A DNA stretch of 64,000 bases. It comes from Bacillota bacterium (GTDB taxonomy: Bacteria; Bacillota; Clostridia; Christensenellales; CAG-138). The stretch spans positions 5,193 through 69,192 of the forward strand of contig JAEWYO010000044.1 of assembly GCA_023395595.1 (NCBI GenBank), in the 5' to 3' direction. Position numbers and translations under genes: made by a program. The notes below the pieces were generated by a model. The model saw nothing but the letters and a program-made list of their open reading frames with translations. It was not told the origin of the DNA and made no database searches. Below, one piece after another: positions 61,861 through 64,000 of this stretch (positions within the stretch are counted from its first letter, which is position 1; each line of letters opens with the position of its first letter).

Positions 61861-61907
61861 CAAAGACACGGCAGCGGAGCAAGAACCGCATGCCGTGTCT
61901 TTGTTTG
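61861..61907 (+). terminator. rho-independent terminator between convergent genes
   Basis: caaagacacggca (61861-61873) pairs with tgccgtgtctttg (61890-61902), followed by TTTGATT. Confidence 0.7.
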
Positions 61908-61928
61908 ATTCCCGAATAGTCGGTAGTT

Positions 61929-63533
61929 TTATTTCTCTGCGAGGGACGAATATTTGCTGCGATATTCGCTTGGTGTCATGTTTTCATACTTTTTAAACAC
62001 CTGCGTGAAATGCGAAAAATAGGAATATCCCAGCTCCAGCGCGATCATCCCAACGGAGATATTGGAGTGCTCCAGCATCTCCTTTGCTGCGGTGACTTTG
62101 GAGAGCGCGATGTATTCCTTGATATTTTGCCCGGTCTCCCGCTTGAAGAGTTTGGTGAAATACTCCGCGCTGAGGTTGACGTGATCCGCCACGTCCTTGA
62201 CCGTAATCGGGTTTGCGATGTTGTTTGCAATATAGCTCTTGGCCCGCTCTACGTCGCTCTTTGGCATATTGTGCCGCTGCGCGCTGTCGATGGCGTTGAG
62301 CATGAAACTCACGCCCTTTCGCAGCGACTCAACATCCTTAAAGCTATCCATATAGTCGGTGTAGGTATAGCCTTCGTGGAACAGTTCACTCATATCGACA
62401 TTGTTGTTGTAAAAAAAGCCGAGGAAGATATGCGTGAGCTGCTGATGCAGTTCGCAGAGCGACTTGAATTTATTGTTGCTGTTGGCGATGGTGTTTCGTA
62501 AAAACGAATCGATCTCGCTCTCCAAAATTCGCTTCTGCCCAGCTGCGATCAGCGTTTTCCAGCGCTCAGTACTCTCGGCAAGGTTGGTTGAGGAAGCTGA
62601 GGCAATGTTTTGTCCGGAGATAGCATAGATGCCACTCGTGTTTGAAATGTTTTCGTCGAGATACTGGTGTATGAGCTTGATCTCGTCCCGCATGTCCTTG
62701 CAGGCAACCCAGTTTCCGGCATAGCAGGTCAGCGTTTCATTCGGCAGTTCCGCGCAGAGCATCTCATAAAACGCCTGATATTGCTCGGACGTGATTGCCA
62801 GTTCCTCCTCCGTTGCGGAAAACAGCACGAGCACAAAGATGCGATAACGGTTTACCGTGCTGAGTTTTAACACAGGATAGATCATGTTCGCCTGCTTCAG
62901 CGCGTTGGAAATCGCTTTATGGATCGACTTTTCAGAGAAGATCGGTTCACTGGAGTTGCGAAACGACTGCACGTTGATGAAGATGATCTGCACGCGCTTG
63001 TCCTCGTGGATCGGATAGCCCATCTTGTTCAGAAACTCGATAGACGAATCCACATCCTCCGGAATACGCGAAAAAAGCTGGGTGACCACATGGTTCATCA
63101 GCTCGGTCTCGTTGGTTTCAAGCAGTTGGCCGTATTGCTGGAGCCGCTCGCGCTTGCGCTGCTGATAGAGGTGCTGGAGCGCGCGGCGCAGGCAATCCTC
63201 AATCACCTCATACGGTGCAGGCTGTAAAAGATAATCAAAGCAGCCGAGTTTGATACTCTCCTGCGCATAGGAAAACTCCGCATGTGAGGTGAGCAGGATG
63301 CGCAGCGTGTCCGGATAACGCGCCTGCACCTGTCGGTTGAGCTCCAGACCGTTTTCACCCGGCATCTCGATATCCGTGAGCATGATATCGATTGCAAGCT
63401 CCTCAAAAACCTCCAGTGCCTGCTCCGTGCTGGTAGCAGAGCGGACGTTGTCGATGCCAAGCTCGCGGAAGTGCACGCCGGAAAGGATGCTGTTGAGCAC
63501 CGATATTTGATCGTCAACGATCAATACGTTCAT
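61929..63533 (-). CDS. response regulator with AraC-type HTH output (YesN-like)
   Basis: MNVLIVDDQ...LTDIEMPGENGLEL receiver domain and a C-terminal AraC HTH (LGYSYFSHFTQVFKKYENMTPSEYR). Confidence 0.9.
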   Translation of the reverse strand: MNVLIVDDQISVLNSILSGVHFRELGIDNVRSATSTEQALEVFEELAIDIMLTDIEMPGENGLELNRQVQARYPDTLRILLTSHAEFSYAQESIKLGCFDYLLQPAPYEVIEDCLRRALQHLYQQRKRERLQQYGQLLETNETELMNHVVTQLFSRIPEDVDSSIEFLNKMGYPIHEDKRVQIIFINVQSFRNSSEPIFSEKSIHKAISNALKQANMIYPVLKLSTVNRYRIFVLVLFSATEEELAITSEQYQAFYEMLCAELPNETLTCYAGNWVACKDMRDEIKLIHQYLDENISNTSGIYAISGQNIASASSTNLAESTERWKTLIAAGQKRILESEIDSFLRNTIANSNNKFKSLCELHQQLTHIFLGFFYNNNVDMSELFHEGYTYTDYMDSFKDVESLRKGVSFMLNAIDSAQRHNMPKSDVERAKSYIANNIANPITVKDVADHVNLSAEYFTKLFKRETGQNIKEYIALSKVTAAKEMLEHSNISVGMIALELGYSYFSHFTQVFKKYENMTPSEYRSKYSSLAEK

Positions 63534-64000
63534 TCGCGTCACTCCCTTGCTCAAATTGCAGCGGCAGATAGATGAGCGAGCATGCGCCGCCGTTTGGCGC
63601 GTTGAAAAACGCCACCTGAAAATCGTTTTGATAGATCAGCGCCATCCTGCGTTTGAGATTGCTGATGCCGATGTGGTATTGCTCAAACTGCTCGTCGGGC
63701 TCCGAGAGCTTCTTGAGCACCTCGTTGCTGTATCCGGCTCCGTTGTCACTCAGGCGCAGGCGTAAATAGGGGCGCGCTTCGATCTCAATTTTGTCAATCT
63801 GCACACCAAAGCGCAAAAACTTCTTGCTATTGGTGTTGTATTTATAGGAATTTTCCAAAAACGTCTGCACAACCAGAGGCGGTACACGGCAGTCCAGCAG
63901 AGACGGATCGACCTCCAGGTCCAGCAGGAGCGGATGCGCGCGATCCATCTGGATAATGTGGTAATAATCCTGCGCCTCGTCCAGCTCCGACTTGAGCGAC
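63514..64000 (-). CDS. sensor histidine kinase (YesM-like), C-terminal part; gene continues beyond the window
   Basis: HATPase region VPPLVVQTFLENSYKY, LSDNGAGY and HIGISNLKRR. The frame stays open to the window edge. It overlaps the RR start by 20 nt. Confidence 0.8.
   Translation of the reverse strand, partial: SLKSELDEAQDYYHIIQMDRAHPLLLDLEVDPSLLDCRVPPLVVQTFLENSYKYNTNSKKFLRFGVQIDKIEIEARPYLRLRLSDNGAGYSNEVLKKLSEPDEQFEQYHIGISNLKRRMALIYQNDFQVAFFNAPNGGACSLIYLPLQFEQGSDANERIDR

Noticed and set aside
1-64000. A search for CRISPR arrays, IS elements or transposases, integrases, toxin-antitoxin pairs, restriction-modification or other defence genes, and rRNA.
   Set aside because: None recognised on either strand. 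The only mobile-element trace is the tRNA-fragment direct repeat at 2825-2858.

Overview
This is a GC-rich chromosomal window with Firmicutes-style signals (GGAGG ribosome-binding sites, YesM/YesN and LplABC-type sugar systems). A high-GC Clostridia / Oscillospiraceae-like host is only a guess. I found no rRNA, CRISPR array, transposase, integrase or recognisable defence genes.

Layout:
- 1-9.8 kb: murC, an Est30-like carboxylesterase and tRNA-Arg(CCT). An AT-rich mini-island follows, bounded by a copy of the tRNA 3' end. Next come a lipid module (cyclase-like protein, TetR, oleate hydratase), a DEAD-box helicase, an AIM24/TIGR00266 protein and a membrane protein.
- 10.3-17.4 kb: a minus-strand acyl-CoA-type cluster. 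It holds a KASIII-like condensing enzyme, a CoA-transferase, two alpha/beta hydrolases, an SDR and a thiolase, with an antisense-embedded TetR gene.
- 17.9-22.7 kb: a livHMGF plus binding-protein ABC importer.
- 22.9-64 kb: the most unusual part, a sugar-utilisation-type locus. It has 28 consecutive minus-strand genes plus a divergent arm. It encodes two ABC importers, an MFS transporter, two YesMN two-component systems, LacI and YesL. Its catalytic genes are almost all cytoplasmic esterases: 15 esterase-fold genes, three of them carrying apparently dead copies or domains. The only glycosidic-bond enzymes are two divergent GH13_18 (sucrose-phosphorylase-family) phosphorylases, one of them coupled to a P-loop kinase.

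My main hypothesis is an import, de-acylation and phosphorolysis system for heavily acylated small alpha-glucosides.

All family calls were made by eye from motifs in the supplied translations. No database search was run.
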